DNA of 53,642 bases from a virus (taxonomy: Duplodnaviria; Caudoviricetes): the IMG/VR virus record IMGVR_UViG_3300020400_000008, positions 1 through 53,642 of that record, one strand, 5' to 3'. The notes beneath the pieces are model-generated. The model worked only from the letters and a program-made list of their open reading frames with translations. It ran no database searches and was not told the DNA's origin. The position numbers and the translations under genes were made by a program. Positions 7,608 to 16,150 of the stretch are shown in pieces (positions within the stretch are counted from its first letter, which is position 1; each line of letters begins with the position of its first letter).

Positions 7608-9656
7608 TCACTTGTTCTTCTGGGTGAGAATACTCGCATCGATCTCTCCTGCGTCCACCATATCTTGTAGCAGTGCGCGTGTGATCTTGCTCCTGTCCAC
7701 CTCGTCCCCGCCGTCGAGAACAGCCTTCACGACTGCTCGCTTCTGCTCGATCAGTTGATGGAACCTCTCGTCTATTGTACCTTCGACAGTGAAGTACAGG
7801 GCGTGTACGGTCTGCGCGTCCTGCCCTATCCTGTTCACCCTGTCCTCGGCCTGCTCTTCCCATCCGGGTACCCACTCGCGCTCGACGAACACCACGGTGT
7901 CCGCTGCCGTGAGGGTCAGTCCCTCCTTCGCTGCGAGGGTGCTGCACACCAGCACGTCGATCTCCCCCGCTTGGAACCTGTCCACGATCTCGCTCCTCTT
8001 CTCGGACTTTACTCCCCCGGTGATAGTATCGACCCTGAGTTTCTCCAGTTTGAGTATGCTGACCAGTGGTGCCACCACGTTCTTGTGGTGAGCGAACACG
8101 ACGATGGGTCGCTCGTTGTTCCTCTTGTAGTCGATAACCCACTCCGATACCGGTCCCACCTTCATGATGCCGCAGTTGTGCCTGAGATCGGTCAGCATGT
8201 TCAGCACGTAGCCCGCAGGCAACGACCTGCCGCTGTCCCTGATCTGTGAGTAGTCGTCTCCCCAGTCCCTCTGTCTCTGCCTGTACTCCTTGAGTTCTAC
8301 CTTGGTCGGGATCACTGGGATGCTCTGCCTGATCTTGTCAGGCAACTCGGCCATGACTTCCTTCTTCAGTCTGCGAATGGCGAAGTCCCTGCTGATGGCA
8401 TGGAGTTCCTCGATGTTGCTCGCACCACCCGTCTTCCAACCGAAGCCGTCATTGTATGCGCTGCAGTATCTCCTGACGTATGACAGCCAAGATGAGAACT
8501 GCGCCTTGCGCAGCAGGTTGAGTGTAGTGAAGTACTCGGATGGCCTGTTGGTGATCGCCGTGCCTGAGAGGCACAGCACAGACTCGCTCCTGTCAGCGAT
8601 CTCCACTGTAGCCTTGGTCCTGTCGGTCTTGCTGTTCTTGATGTAGTGGGACTCGTCCAAGATGCTGATGCCGAAGGACATCTGCTCCAACTGCTCGAGC
8701 CTCCTGCTTATGATGTCGTAGTTGATGATGGTGAAGTCGGCCTTCTCGATTGGTCCCTTGTACCCATTGATGACCTCGACAGTGGCATCGGGCATCCACG
8801 TACGGACCTCCTTCGCCCAGTTGTACTTGACGTTGGACGGACAGACCACGATCACGGGCCACTGCTCCTTATGGAGAGCGGCGTAGCCGATGGCCTGTAT
8901 GGTCTTGCCCACGCCCATGTCGTCACCTATCAGGCAACGACCACCAGCCAACTCGGCGAACCTGACGCCGACGTACTGGAAGGGGTAGAGTTCCAGTCCG
9001 GGTGCGAACACACCGGCCAGCCTCTCCCTCATCTCGGCCACGACCTCCTCGTCATCCAACTCGGCGGCATCCGATATGGCGATCCTCGCTGCGTAGTCAT
9101 CCATGTAGGTCTGTACTTCTGGGAGCGAAGCAATCGCATCGCATAGTGGTTGGTACACATCGTTGAGCCTCGACATCAGGAATGCAGCCTCACTCAGTGG
9201 TATGCGCCACACCTTCTTCTTGGCGTCCCATGCCCTGTTCGGCACACCCTTGACGATGTTCCTCACACGGTCACGGAGGTGACTGTCCTGAATCCAAGGC
9301 CAGTTGAGTTCGATCTCACCACGCACGACTGAGGCGGTGGCCACCTTGACCTTGCCAGCGTTGCTCGCTGGTGCGTCCTTGACCATGCCGAGCAGGTTGG
9401 TGACGTCGTACTTCTGCTTGAGAATACTTGCTGCCACTCGTATCACCTCGGGGTCGTACCTGATCGACCAACCACCATTGGAGAACTTCAGGTTGTAATA
9501 TCCCTCGACCTCGCGCAGCCTCTCCTTGAGTTCACCCTGCACCTCCCTGTCGAATGGGAACTTGATCGACACACGCTTGGACTTGCGTGGATACCTGCGA
9601 GCGGTGTCGTTCTTAGCGAACCACTCCTCCTCGAACAACTCGGTCTCGACCATCAT
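7608..9656 (-). CDS. SNF2-family ATPase, HARP/SMARCAL1-like
   Basis: LYPFQ, DDMGVGKT, DESH, LSGT, RRLK, EGLTL and QAEDRVNRIGQ; N-terminal HARP-like segment VKGVPNRAWDAKKKVWRIP. Confidence 0.9.
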   Translation of the reverse strand: MMVETELFEEEWFAKNDTARRYPRKSKRVSIKFPFDREVQGELKERLREVEGYYNLKFSNGGWSIRYDPEVIRVAASILKQKYDVTNLLGMVKDAPASNAGKVKVATASVVRGEIELNWPWIQDSHLRDRVRNIVKGVPNRAWDAKKKVWRIPLSEAAFLMSRLNDVYQPLCDAIASLPEVQTYMDDYAARIAISDAAELDDEEVVAEMRERLAGVFAPGLELYPFQYVGVRFAELAGGRCLIGDDMGVGKTIQAIGYAALHKEQWPVIVVCPSNVKYNWAKEVRTWMPDATVEVINGYKGPIEKADFTIINYDIISRRLEQLEQMSFGISILDESHYIKNSKTDRTKATVEIADRSESVLCLSGTAITNRPSEYFTTLNLLRKAQFSSWLSYVRRYCSAYNDGFGWKTGGASNIEELHAISRDFAIRRLKKEVMAELPDKIRQSIPVIPTKVELKEYRQRQRDWGDDYSQIRDSGRSLPAGYVLNMLTDLRHNCGIMKVGPVSEWVIDYKRNNERPIVVFAHHKNVVAPLVSILKLEKLRVDTITGGVKSEKRSEIVDRFQAGEIDVLVCSTLAAKEGLTLTAADTVVFVEREWVPGWEEQAEDRVNRIGQDAQTVHALYFTVEGTIDERFHQLIEQKRAVVKAVLDGGDEVDRSKITRALLQDMVDAGEIDASILTQKNK

Positions 9657-10123
9657 GCTCTCACCTCATGATACAGTGATCCGTCTTCCTTGAACTCCCA
9701 TCTGTTTGCATCTGCTATTTCCTCGATGCCCTCATTGGAGTACGCGTACTCAGACCCCCCGTGAATAGTACCAAGGAGTCCCTCCATGTCATTCCGGTTG
9801 ACATGGCTGATCACAATCCAATCCCAGAAAGTACCGGTTAGAATCTCGTCACCGCTGTTGACTGCCTTATGATACACCTCTTCAAACTCATCATTGTTGT
9901 AGTTGGTGAACCGTATGTACTCACCCCTGTCAGGGAACTGACCCACGCAGTAGTCCAGACTCCCACCGACTCGTGCCTGCAAGGCCTTCAGTGACGCGAT
10001 CATCTCATCCACATCATGTTGGTTGAGGTCATGCACGTTGTCCCTGACCCAATTGATGCACCTCTCTTTGTCGGGGTGCTCGCCTATCCTGTACACTGTG
10101 TACGTATGTGTTATCTGTCTCAT
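9653..10123 (-). CDS. conserved mobile-element hypothetical protein
   Basis: TVYRIGE..KERCINWVR and YAYSNEGIEEIADANRWEFKEDG resemble a widespread phage/ICE family; function uncertain. Confidence 0.6.
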   Translation of the reverse strand: MRQITHTYTVYRIGEHPDKERCINWVRDNVHDLNQHDVDEMIASLKALQARVGGSLDYCVGQFPDRGEYIRFTNYNNDEFEEVYHKAVNSGDEILTGTFWDWIVISHVNRNDMEGLLGTIHGGSEYAYSNEGIEEIADANRWEFKEDGSLYHEVRA

Positions 10124-10127
10124 GCCA

Positions 10128-10364
10128 TCACTCTATCCTCGCTATCGCAGCGTCGTACTCCTTCCATGCCTCGGCGGTCTTGACGTCCTTGTTGGCTCCG
10201 TTCCTGTTGAGGGGATGCTGGTGCGTGATCCTCAACTTGCCACGCAGCACACGCTCGGCCTCCTTCCTCGCTGCCTTCCTCTTGGCACACAGCGAGGCCT
10301 CGGTCCTCAGTACTTCTCTCCCCATTATATTCATTCCATCATTCATCTTCGTTGTCTTCTTCAT
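10128..10364 (-). CDS. small basic hypothetical protein
   Basis: 78-aa ORF with ATGA overlap. Confidence 0.55.
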   Translation of the reverse strand: MKKTTKMNDGMNIMGREVLRTEASLCAKRKAARKEAERVLRGKLRITHQHPLNRNGANKDVKTAEAWKEYDAAIARIE

Positions 10365-10648
10365 TCTTCTTCCACCTCGTTAGTCATTATGAAAAGAGCA
10401 GTATCACGATTAGGACCATTCATGGTTCTGCAGATACGCTCTACTTCTGCTTTCCATTCACTCAACTCCTTGTATGCCTCAAGGAGAAGTGGTGCGTCTG
10501 CGATGAGTTTCTGTGTAGCCTCATCGTCAAGCCAATCCTCTCCGACTAACTCTGCAATCTCCTTGTCATACCCATCCCTCAGCACATGGGCTGAGTCAAA
10601 GTGCCATCCTTCTTTTGCGTGTCCTTCGTACTTGTCTGTGTCAATCAT
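10361..10648 (-). CDS. MIDTDKY cassette protein 9
   Basis: MIDTDKYEGH...LIADAPLLLE. Confidence 0.8.
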   Translation of the reverse strand: MIDTDKYEGHAKEGWHFDSAHVLRDGYDKEIAELVGEDWLDDEATQKLIADAPLLLEAYKELSEWKAEVERICRTMNGPNRDTALFIMTNEVEEE

Positions 10649-10942
10649 TCAATCATCTCCCATATATTCCTTGAACAATTCGTAGTGTTCGTTGCGACCT
10701 GCTTCACCGAGTCCATCCCACACGGACTGAATGAAATCACGCAAGCGCTTGACTTCTTCAAGGAGAAGTGGTGCGTCTGCTATGAGTTGCGCAGTTGCCT
10801 CTTTTGTGTTCCAACCCTCAGTCATTTCCGCTATTGGAGTGCCATGCGTGTCCATGAGGGTGTCGATGTCATCCCAATCCCAATCACCCTCTGCGTGTCC
10901 CTCGTATTTCCTTGTGTCAACGTATTTCCTTGTGTCAATCAT
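10649..10942 (-). CDS. MIDTDKY cassette protein 8
   Basis: MIDTRKYVDTRKYEGH (duplicated tag)...LIADAPLLLEEVKRL. Confidence 0.8.
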   Translation of the reverse strand: MIDTRKYVDTRKYEGHAEGDWDWDDIDTLMDTHGTPIAEMTEGWNTKEATAQLIADAPLLLEEVKRLRDFIQSVWDGLGEAGRNEHYELFKEYMGDD

Positions 10943-11292
10943 TCAATCACCTCATAATCTCCTATTTTTCTTTCAATCAATTCCTCTACAATAGCCCTAT
11001 CAACTTGGGGGTAATCTTCTTGAAGTATCTCCCATATCGCAATCAATTCAGTAGCCATTGGTTGTAACCGCTTGACTTCTTCAAGGAGAAGTGGTGCGTC
11101 AACCATCAGCCTGATGTCCGGGTTGTCCTCGGTGAGGTAGTGATCGCTGTCACGCATCACCAGTGCGATGGTCTTGAAGTCAACCACCTCACCATGCTCA
11201 TCATGCACCTCGAATATCACGGAGTCGTCAGCGCTGGTGCCTCTCCACTTGCCGTCGTTCGTCAGTCCATCGTATCTACTCATGTTAATCAT
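10939..11292 (-). CDS. MIDTDKY cassette protein 7
   Basis: MINMSRYDG...LMVDAPLLLEEVKRL. Confidence 0.8.
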   Translation of the reverse strand: MINMSRYDGLTNDGKWRGTSADDSVIFEVHDEHGEVVDFKTIALVMRDSDHYLTEDNPDIRLMVDAPLLLEEVKRLQPMATELIAIWEILQEDYPQVDRAIVEELIERKIGDYEVIE

Positions 11293-11636
11293 TCACTCAC
11301 CAACCTGTTCATCTTCTCAATGTGATTACCAAGTTGGTAGTACCAACCTGTGTCTTGGTCACTGATGTCCGACCTAACTCTCTCAGCCGCCTCAACAAGT
11401 TTCCTTCCCTGTACACGCAGCCGCTTGACTTCCTCAAGGAGAAGTGGTGCGGAGGCCATGAGTCGTGCATTGGCGTAGTCCTCTTCCGTCCACTCTTCTG
11501 CGTTAGCCATCACCAACTCCGCTATGATGTTGTCAGTCTCGTTAGAGTGAATCACCGTGGGGTGAATGACATCCATCGCATCATCAACATACCAACCGTT
11601 AGGTGTGTGTCCATCGAACATGCTCGTGTCAATCAT
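11289..11636 (-). CDS. MIDTDKY cassette protein 6
   Basis: MIDTSMFDGHTPNGW...ANARLMASAPLLLEEVKRL; start moved to ATG 11636. Confidence 0.8.
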   Translation of the reverse strand: MIDTSMFDGHTPNGWYVDDAMDVIHPTVIHSNETDNIIAELVMANAEEWTEEDYANARLMASAPLLLEEVKRLRVQGRKLVEAAERVRSDISDQDTGWYYQLGNHIEKMNRLVSE

Positions 11637-11815
11637 TCCTCTTCCCTCCATTCTTCCAATTTTGCTAATACATCATTGTTGAATTGTTCTCTTACCAATT
11701 CATACACACCCGGTATCGCCAGCATTGACTTAGCATCAAGTCCTTCTATCAGATAGTACAAAGCCTCATCAAACATTTCGTTTGTTATCCAACTGTATTC
11801 GTCTATGTCAATCAT
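11633..11815 (-). CDS. MIDTDKY cassette protein 5 (N-terminal tag only)
   Basis: MIDIDEY... followed by an unrelated acidic body. Confidence 0.7.
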   Translation of the reverse strand: MIDIDEYSWITNEMFDEALYYLIEGLDAKSMLAIPGVYELVREQFNNDVLAKLEEWREEE

Positions 11816-12162
11816 TCTTCTTCACCTTCCCACTTCTCTACAAGACCGACATACTCATCTCCGTCAGGGAAACGCACAGTGACGTACAGATGTCCCTTCT
11901 TGTGGTAGTCATCCACCGTGACTGTCGGCTCACTCCGCAACCGCTTGACCTCCTCAAGGAGAAGTGTGGCTTCTGCTAGGAGGAATGGTGCGTCTGCTAT
12001 GAGTCGTGCATTGGCTAAGTGCCACTCCCTCTCCTCATGTATGCCCACGAAGTCAGTCCTTGCGATGGTGCAGTCCTGTACATCCACCACACGGAATGGG
12101 TCGTCCTCATCCACTGTCCATCTCTCAGGTGTTATGTTCTCGTATTTGTCTGTGTCAATCAT
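11812..12162 (-). CDS. MIDTDKY cassette protein 4
   Basis: MIDTDKYENITPERW...ANARLIADAPFLLAEATLLLEEVKRL. Confidence 0.8.
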   Translation of the reverse strand: MIDTDKYENITPERWTVDEDDPFRVVDVQDCTIARTDFVGIHEEREWHLANARLIADAPFLLAEATLLLEEVKRLRSEPTVTVDDYHKKGHLYVTVRFPDGDEYVGLVEKWEGEEE

Positions 12163-12374
12163 TCTTCTTCATCTCCTATCCAAAAGAACGGTCCCATATG
12201 TTTGTTCCAAACATCAGTCGCCTCTGTGCTTAGATGACTTGGAATCAAATCGAACAAGGCATCTGCCAATGCACTCAACCGCTTGACTTCTGCGAGCAAG
12301 TGCTCAACTGCATCCTCCAACTCATCTGATGGTGTTTCCCAAGTCATCTCCTCGTATGCGTCTGTGTTAATCAT
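12159..12374 (-). CDS. MIDTDKY cassette protein 3
   Basis: MINTDAYEE...HLLAEVKRL. Confidence 0.75.
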   Translation of the reverse strand: MINTDAYEEMTWETPSDELEDAVEHLLAEVKRLSALADALFDLIPSHLSTEATDVWNKHMGPFFWIGDEEE

Positions 12375-12517
12375 TCAGTCACCCTCTCAATCAATTTTGT
12401 ATCACAAGTAGGACAATGCCATGCGTGGGAATCAATGTTCCATGTCTCATCACATTTAGGACAATGCCCATCCTCGTACCAATCCATGTGTTCTTCGTAT
12501 TTGTCTGTGTCAATCAT
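12371..12517 (-). CDS. MIDTDKY cassette protein 2 with zinc ribbon (48 aa, absent from ORF track)
   Basis: manual translation MIDTDKYEEHMDWYEDGHCPKCDETWNIDSHAWHCPTCDTKLIERVTE; ATGA overlaps at both ends. Confidence 0.7.
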   Translation of the reverse strand: MIDTDKYEEHMDWYEDGHCPKCDETWNIDSHAWHCPTCDTKLIERVTE

Positions 12518-12789
12518 TCCTCTTCCCTCCATCGGGGCCAACCCTCATCGCTCAAGTCAATGTGGTAATGCTCCTGTGCCTGTGCCACTACTTCCTCTAA
12601 CCATTCGTTGCGCTTCCGCAACTCCTTGATCTTCTTAAGGAGAAGTGGTGCGTCTGCGATGAGGTTTGCATCAGCCCTGTTGTCCGATGTGATGTGAGCA
12701 ATAGTTGGGCCTTCGTCAACAAAGACTTCCTCGCCCATCCATGTCCAATGCCCTTCTGTATGTCCTTCGTATTTGTCTGTGTCAATCAT
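12514..12789 (-). CDS. MIDTDKY cassette protein 1
   Basis: MIDTDKYEGHTEGHW...ADANLIADAPLLL; start moved to ATG 12789. Confidence 0.8.
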   Translation of the reverse strand: MIDTDKYEGHTEGHWTWMGEEVFVDEGPTIAHITSDNRADANLIADAPLLLKKIKELRKRNEWLEEVVAQAQEHYHIDLSDEGWPRWREEE

Positions 12790-13355
12790 GCCTCGACCTC
12801 CTCGGTGGGTGCGAGGTACGCTTGCTCCCTCTCGTCGTCCCAAAGCAGTACGTTGCCGTTCTCGTTTATGTCCGTGTCATACATGTAGTCGGGGATGAGG
12901 TAGTGGATCTCGCTGGCCTTGCCTGTGTCAGCGAGGTACCCAACGATCCTGTCCAGTGCGTTCATGCTGTCGACGGCGTTCTCATACACCCTCATCATGC
13001 GCTGGGTGAACCCATCACTCGACCAATTCAATGACACCTTCGCATGCTTCAAGGCCCACATCTCGAACGGATCGAGGCCAACGTTGGCTCTCCAACCTGC
13101 GTCAGCCATGCGCTGCACGAACTCCTGAGTGAACGGTGCGCCGTCCTCGTTGTCCTTGAGCACCTTCCTCGCCGTCATCTGGAACCTGAACGTGGCCTCG
13201 TCCACGCTCACCGATCGGTGGTATTGGTCATCCGCTATCCTTCCGATACCGGCTGCCATCGCAATGCCACCCATCGCCAGCGATCCGAGGAACTCGTTCT
13301 CCTCCTCGCTGAACATCTGTCGTCCTTTCTCACTCTCTATGCCTACAATCAACAT
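12786..13355 (-). CDS. hypothetical protein
   Basis: MLIVGIESEK...; ATG after GGAGTGA RBS and motif copy 4. Confidence 0.7.
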   Translation of the reverse strand: MLIVGIESEKGRQMFSEEENEFLGSLAMGGIAMAAGIGRIADDQYHRSVSVDEATFRFQMTARKVLKDNEDGAPFTQEFVQRMADAGWRANVGLDPFEMWALKHAKVSLNWSSDGFTQRMMRVYENAVDSMNALDRIVGYLADTGKASEIHYLIPDYMYDTDINENGNVLLWDDEREQAYLAPTEEVEA

Positions 13356-13372
13356 TCTCTTCACTCCTTTTG

Positions 13373-13394
13373 TTTGCTCCTTTAAGTATGAATT
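13373..13394 (-). promoter_or_regulatory. conserved early-arm motif, copy 4
   Basis: tttgctcctttaagtatgaatt. Confidence 0.8.
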
Positions 13395-13464
13395 CAACCA
13401 TCCAACTCCCATTCCTCATACACGTACTCGTCTGTCTCTATCCTGACCAGCAGTTTGTCCTTGC

Positions 13465-13617
13465 TCATGACTCACACCTTCCATAGATGGGGTGGCCGTT
13501 CATGTACACACGCATGATTGGACCGTCATCATTCTCAGGCACACCCTCTGTGTCTATCTCGACCACCCATCGACCATCCATCGGTGAGCGGTAGACAATA
13601 ATGTCAGGGTCGCTCAT
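13465..13617 (-). CDS. small hypothetical protein
   Basis: MSDPDIIVY...; AGGTGA RBS and ATGA overlap. Confidence 0.55.
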   Translation of the reverse strand: MSDPDIIVYRSPMDGRWVVEIDTEGVPENDDGPIMRVYMNGHPIYGRCES

Positions 13618-13748
13618 GCTGTCACCTTCCACGTGATTATCTTCTCCTCTTTCTTCGCACCACACATGGGGCAATACCTCCACTTGGATGCTATACGCAC
13701 ACCACAATGCTCAACCACGCTTCCGTCTTTACGCTCGCCTCGCTTCAT
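13614..13748 (-). CDS. small zinc-ribbon protein (44 aa, absent from ORF track)
   Basis: manual translation MKRGERKDGSVVEHCGVRIASKWRYCPMCGAKKEEKIITWKVTA; coupled to the ArdA stop. Confidence 0.55.
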   Translation of the reverse strand: MKRGERKDGSVVEHCGVRIASKWRYCPMCGAKKEEKIITWKVTA

Positions 13749-14326
13749 ATGCTCACCCCATGTTCAAGCAGGTAGGTGTACTCGCCGTACTCCATCGAGT
13801 AGTAGCCATACATCTGGTCCCTCGCGTAGTGCTCCCAATCTATGTACGACTCCATCGGGTCGCCGTTCTTGACGTGGCCACAGTCGTACGCCCACTCCCT
13901 GAAGAAGTCCTCCACATCCTCGGTCCACATCATCTGGCTGGCTATGCTCTCCACCTGCTCGGCGGTGGGAGTGTCATGCACGAACTCCGTTGCGAACAGG
14001 AACGCTGGCACGTACCTGCTGGCCTCGTCCTCGAACAGCCTCATGCACTCGATGAGGTTCGGTATGTTGGGCCACTCGCCCAAGTGCTGGGACACCCTGC
14101 CGATGTCACCGTCGTAATCCTGTATGTGCCACTCCTCCGGGTTGTGGTAGATGGTCACCGGCTGATCACACACGTGTGCCGCCATGTTGCCAGACTCCCA
14201 CGCCTCCTCTAGTTGATCGGCGTCCAAGTGCTTGTAGGTCAGTCGTCCTTCGTTGTAACAAGAGAGGCAGCCAACGGCCACCCGCTCCCTCCATGTGTTT
14301 GTCTGTTCCATTGTCATGTCTCTCAC
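13745..14326 (-). CDS. ardA: ArdA antirestriction protein (DNA mimic; likely start ATG 14317)
   Basis: VGCLSCYNEGRL, EEWHIQDYDG and YIDWEHYARD are ArdA signature segments; acidic. Confidence 0.85.
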   Translation of the reverse strand: MRDMTMEQTNTWRERVAVGCLSCYNEGRLTYKHLDADQLEEAWESGNMAAHVCDQPVTIYHNPEEWHIQDYDGDIGRVSQHLGEWPNIPNLIECMRLFEDEASRYVPAFLFATEFVHDTPTAEQVESIASQMMWTEDVEDFFREWAYDCGHVKNGDPMESYIDWEHYARDQMYGYYSMEYGEYTYLLEHGVSI

Positions 14327-14335
14327 TCCTTCAGT

Positions 14336-14357
14336 ATTGCTCCTTTAAGTATGAATT
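14336..14357 (-). promoter_or_regulatory. conserved early-arm motif, copy 5
   Basis: attgctcctttaagtatgaatt. Confidence 0.8.
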
Positions 14358-14575
14358 ACCTCATCGGCTATGCCGTGGTACTCACTGCCTATGCCGAACA
14401 GCCTCTCCATGTGGTCGGCGTCCCGCAGTTGCCTCGCTTGCATGTACTCCTCCATGAAGGTAATCTCCCCATCACCATCGAGGAACAGGCTCCTCCCATC
14501 GGTCCACTCTATGACCGTGTACAGCCCCTTCGGCCCTCTCTCAATCTCGTACGTCGCATCGTCGTAGTCCTTCAT
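14345..14575 (-). CDS. acidic hypothetical protein
   Basis: MKDYDDATY...; stop codon lies inside motif copy 5. Confidence 0.6.
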   Translation of the reverse strand: MKDYDDATYEIERGPKGLYTVIEWTDGRSLFLDGDGEITFMEEYMQARQLRDADHMERLFGIGSEYHGIADEVIHT

Positions 14576-14772
14576 TCTAACCACCTCTCTTGCTCCTCGA
14601 TTCGAGCCCAAGCCTCGCTGTCCGAGGGGTACCATTCTTGACCGCACTTCTCGCACCGCATGAACACACTCCCGTCAGCACCGTGGAGGAACCCTTGGAC
14701 GTGCTCGCACTCACGTATCTCAACACGCTTCCACGTGGGGAAGTTCTCAGTGGGTAGAGACATCCACTTCAT
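14572..14772 (-). CDS. small putative zinc-binding protein
   Basis: CEH...CEKC; ATGA overlaps. Confidence 0.6.
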   Translation of the reverse strand: MKWMSLPTENFPTWKRVEIRECEHVQGFLHGADGSVFMRCEKCGQEWYPSDSEAWARIEEQERWLE

Positions 14773-14984
14773 TCAATCACCTCAATGCTGTCGGCGTACT
14801 TGCCGTCGAGCGTCATCACATCCTCGATGCACCACTCCTTGAACATCGTCGCGTTCTCAAACATGGCAAGCACCTCCCAATCGTAGGAGTACGTGTATCT
14901 CCTGCCGCCGTACTCCACGTGTATCTCCTTCCACTCGGGGTGCTTCGTCAGGAACAGGTTCTCGTATGCCTGTGGTCCAATCAT
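14769..14984 (-). CDS. hypothetical protein
   Basis: 71 aa; ends EVIE (GAGGTGATTGAATGA junction). Confidence 0.6.
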   Translation of the reverse strand: MIGPQAYENLFLTKHPEWKEIHVEYGGRRYTYSYDWEVLAMFENATMFKEWCIEDVMTLDGKYADSIEVIE

Positions 14985-15193
14985 TTTATCATCTCCCGCA
15001 ATTCCTCTACCTTTTCATCATACAATGCAAGTGCCTTCTGCTCGTCTGCGACCTCCCATCCCTCGACCAACTCCTTGGTGTCCTCAGATGTGTGTCGGAC
15101 AATGTCAATCGCCCAGACAAACTTAGCAAGTCTGTGCATCTCGACCTCCCTATCTCCAATCATTCCACTGTACGTGCTATCATCTCCCTTCAT
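14981..15193 (-). CDS. hypothetical protein
   Basis: MKGDDSTY...; RBS and ATGA overlap. Confidence 0.55.
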   Translation of the reverse strand: MKGDDSTYSGMIGDREVEMHRLAKFVWAIDIVRHTSEDTKELVEGWEVADEQKALALYDEKVEELREMIK

Positions 15194-15354
15194 TCTATCA
15201 CCTCTACGAAGGTGTCCTCGATCGGCACCCACGGGTGGAGCCTCGCTGTCTCGCTCATGTCGAAGCACTGCTCGCACAGGTCGACCATGGGGTTGTTGCA
15301 TGGGGTCAGTATGGTGACCGCCGCTATCGCATGGTAGCAGTCGTCACAGATCAT
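15190..15354 (-). CDS. small zinc-finger protein (54 aa, absent from ORF track)
   Basis: manual translation MICDDCYHAIAAVTILTPCNNPMVDLCEQCF...EVIE. Confidence 0.55.
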   Translation of the reverse strand: MICDDCYHAIAAVTILTPCNNPMVDLCEQCFDMSETARLHPWVPIEDTFVEVIE

Positions 15355-15695
15355 GCGCTCACCTCCATCTCCCTCAAGTCCTCGACAATCTCCAAAGCCT
15401 GCTTGAGCATCTCCTCATCAGCACTACCATTGATGGCCTCTTGGAGTGCGTGGTGCACCCAATTGAGCGCCCGCTTTGGATTTATGTTGCCTCTCTCCTC
15501 ACGGTGGAGTTCCCCGTGCATCTCCACCGCATCCCTCATGGCCCACGCCACGAAGTCGTCATAGGTCTCGTCAATGTCCGGGTCCGGTTCCCAATTGTAC
15601 CGGTACTCCACCCCGTCCACGGACACCACCGTGTCAAGGGTACCGTCGTCTATCAGTATAGGCTCGTACTCATCTTTTGTTGTCATGTCTCTCAT
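15351..15695 (-). CDS. acidic hypothetical protein
   Basis: LIDDGTLDTVVSV...; first gene after motif copy 6. Confidence 0.7.
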   Translation of the reverse strand: MRDMTTKDEYEPILIDDGTLDTVVSVDGVEYRYNWEPDPDIDETYDDFVAWAMRDAVEMHGELHREERGNINPKRALNWVHHALQEAINGSADEEMLKQALEIVEDLREMEVSA

Positions 15696-15704
15696 CTCTC
15701 CTGT

Positions 15705-15724
15705 TTTGCTCCTTTAAGTATGAA
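15705..15724 (-). promoter_or_regulatory. conserved early-arm motif, copy 6
   Basis: tttgctcctttaagtatgaa. Confidence 0.8.
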
Positions 15725-16097
15725 ATCGATTGGCACCCTTGCTGTCCCTTGAATCTAAGTGTCCGGTGTATAGTCTGCACACAATACTGATGGCTGGTAG
15801 TATCTGTCTCACTACACAGTAGTCTCTACACACATATAGTAATACATACTTAGGTAAGTGTAGGATTGTTGGACTAATCCTCGTCTTATGTATGGACTAT
15901 AAATCGGACAGTCGGACGAAAGCCAACGAGCATCCGCCCATATACGCATACGCGTATGGGTCATTGGAGCCGCTGGGCATCCGCCCGCCCCGCACCGGCC
16001 CGATCGCCCATCCCTTCAAGAGGGGTAGGCATACGGGTCGTGGCTGTCTCTCCACAATGGGAGACAGATGCAGGGAGGATAGGGGAATGCCCCTGTG

Positions 16098-16123
16098 GGA
16101 GAGGGGCCCGTAGGCCCCCCTCC
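16098..16123 (-). terminator. GC-rich hairpin with C(UACG)G tetraloop
   Basis: minus strand GGAGGGGGGCC-TACG-GGCCCCTCTCC, an 11-bp stem with one G-U, just downstream of the stop at 16151. Confidence 0.55.
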
Positions 16124-16150
16124 GCTGGGGGATGGGTGCGCCCTACCGAC

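Noticed and set aside
10361-12789. Cassette array as a DGR, integron or shufflon
   Set aside because: No reverse transcriptase, TR/VR pair with adenine-specific changes, attC-like palindromes or site-specific recombinase is visible in the window
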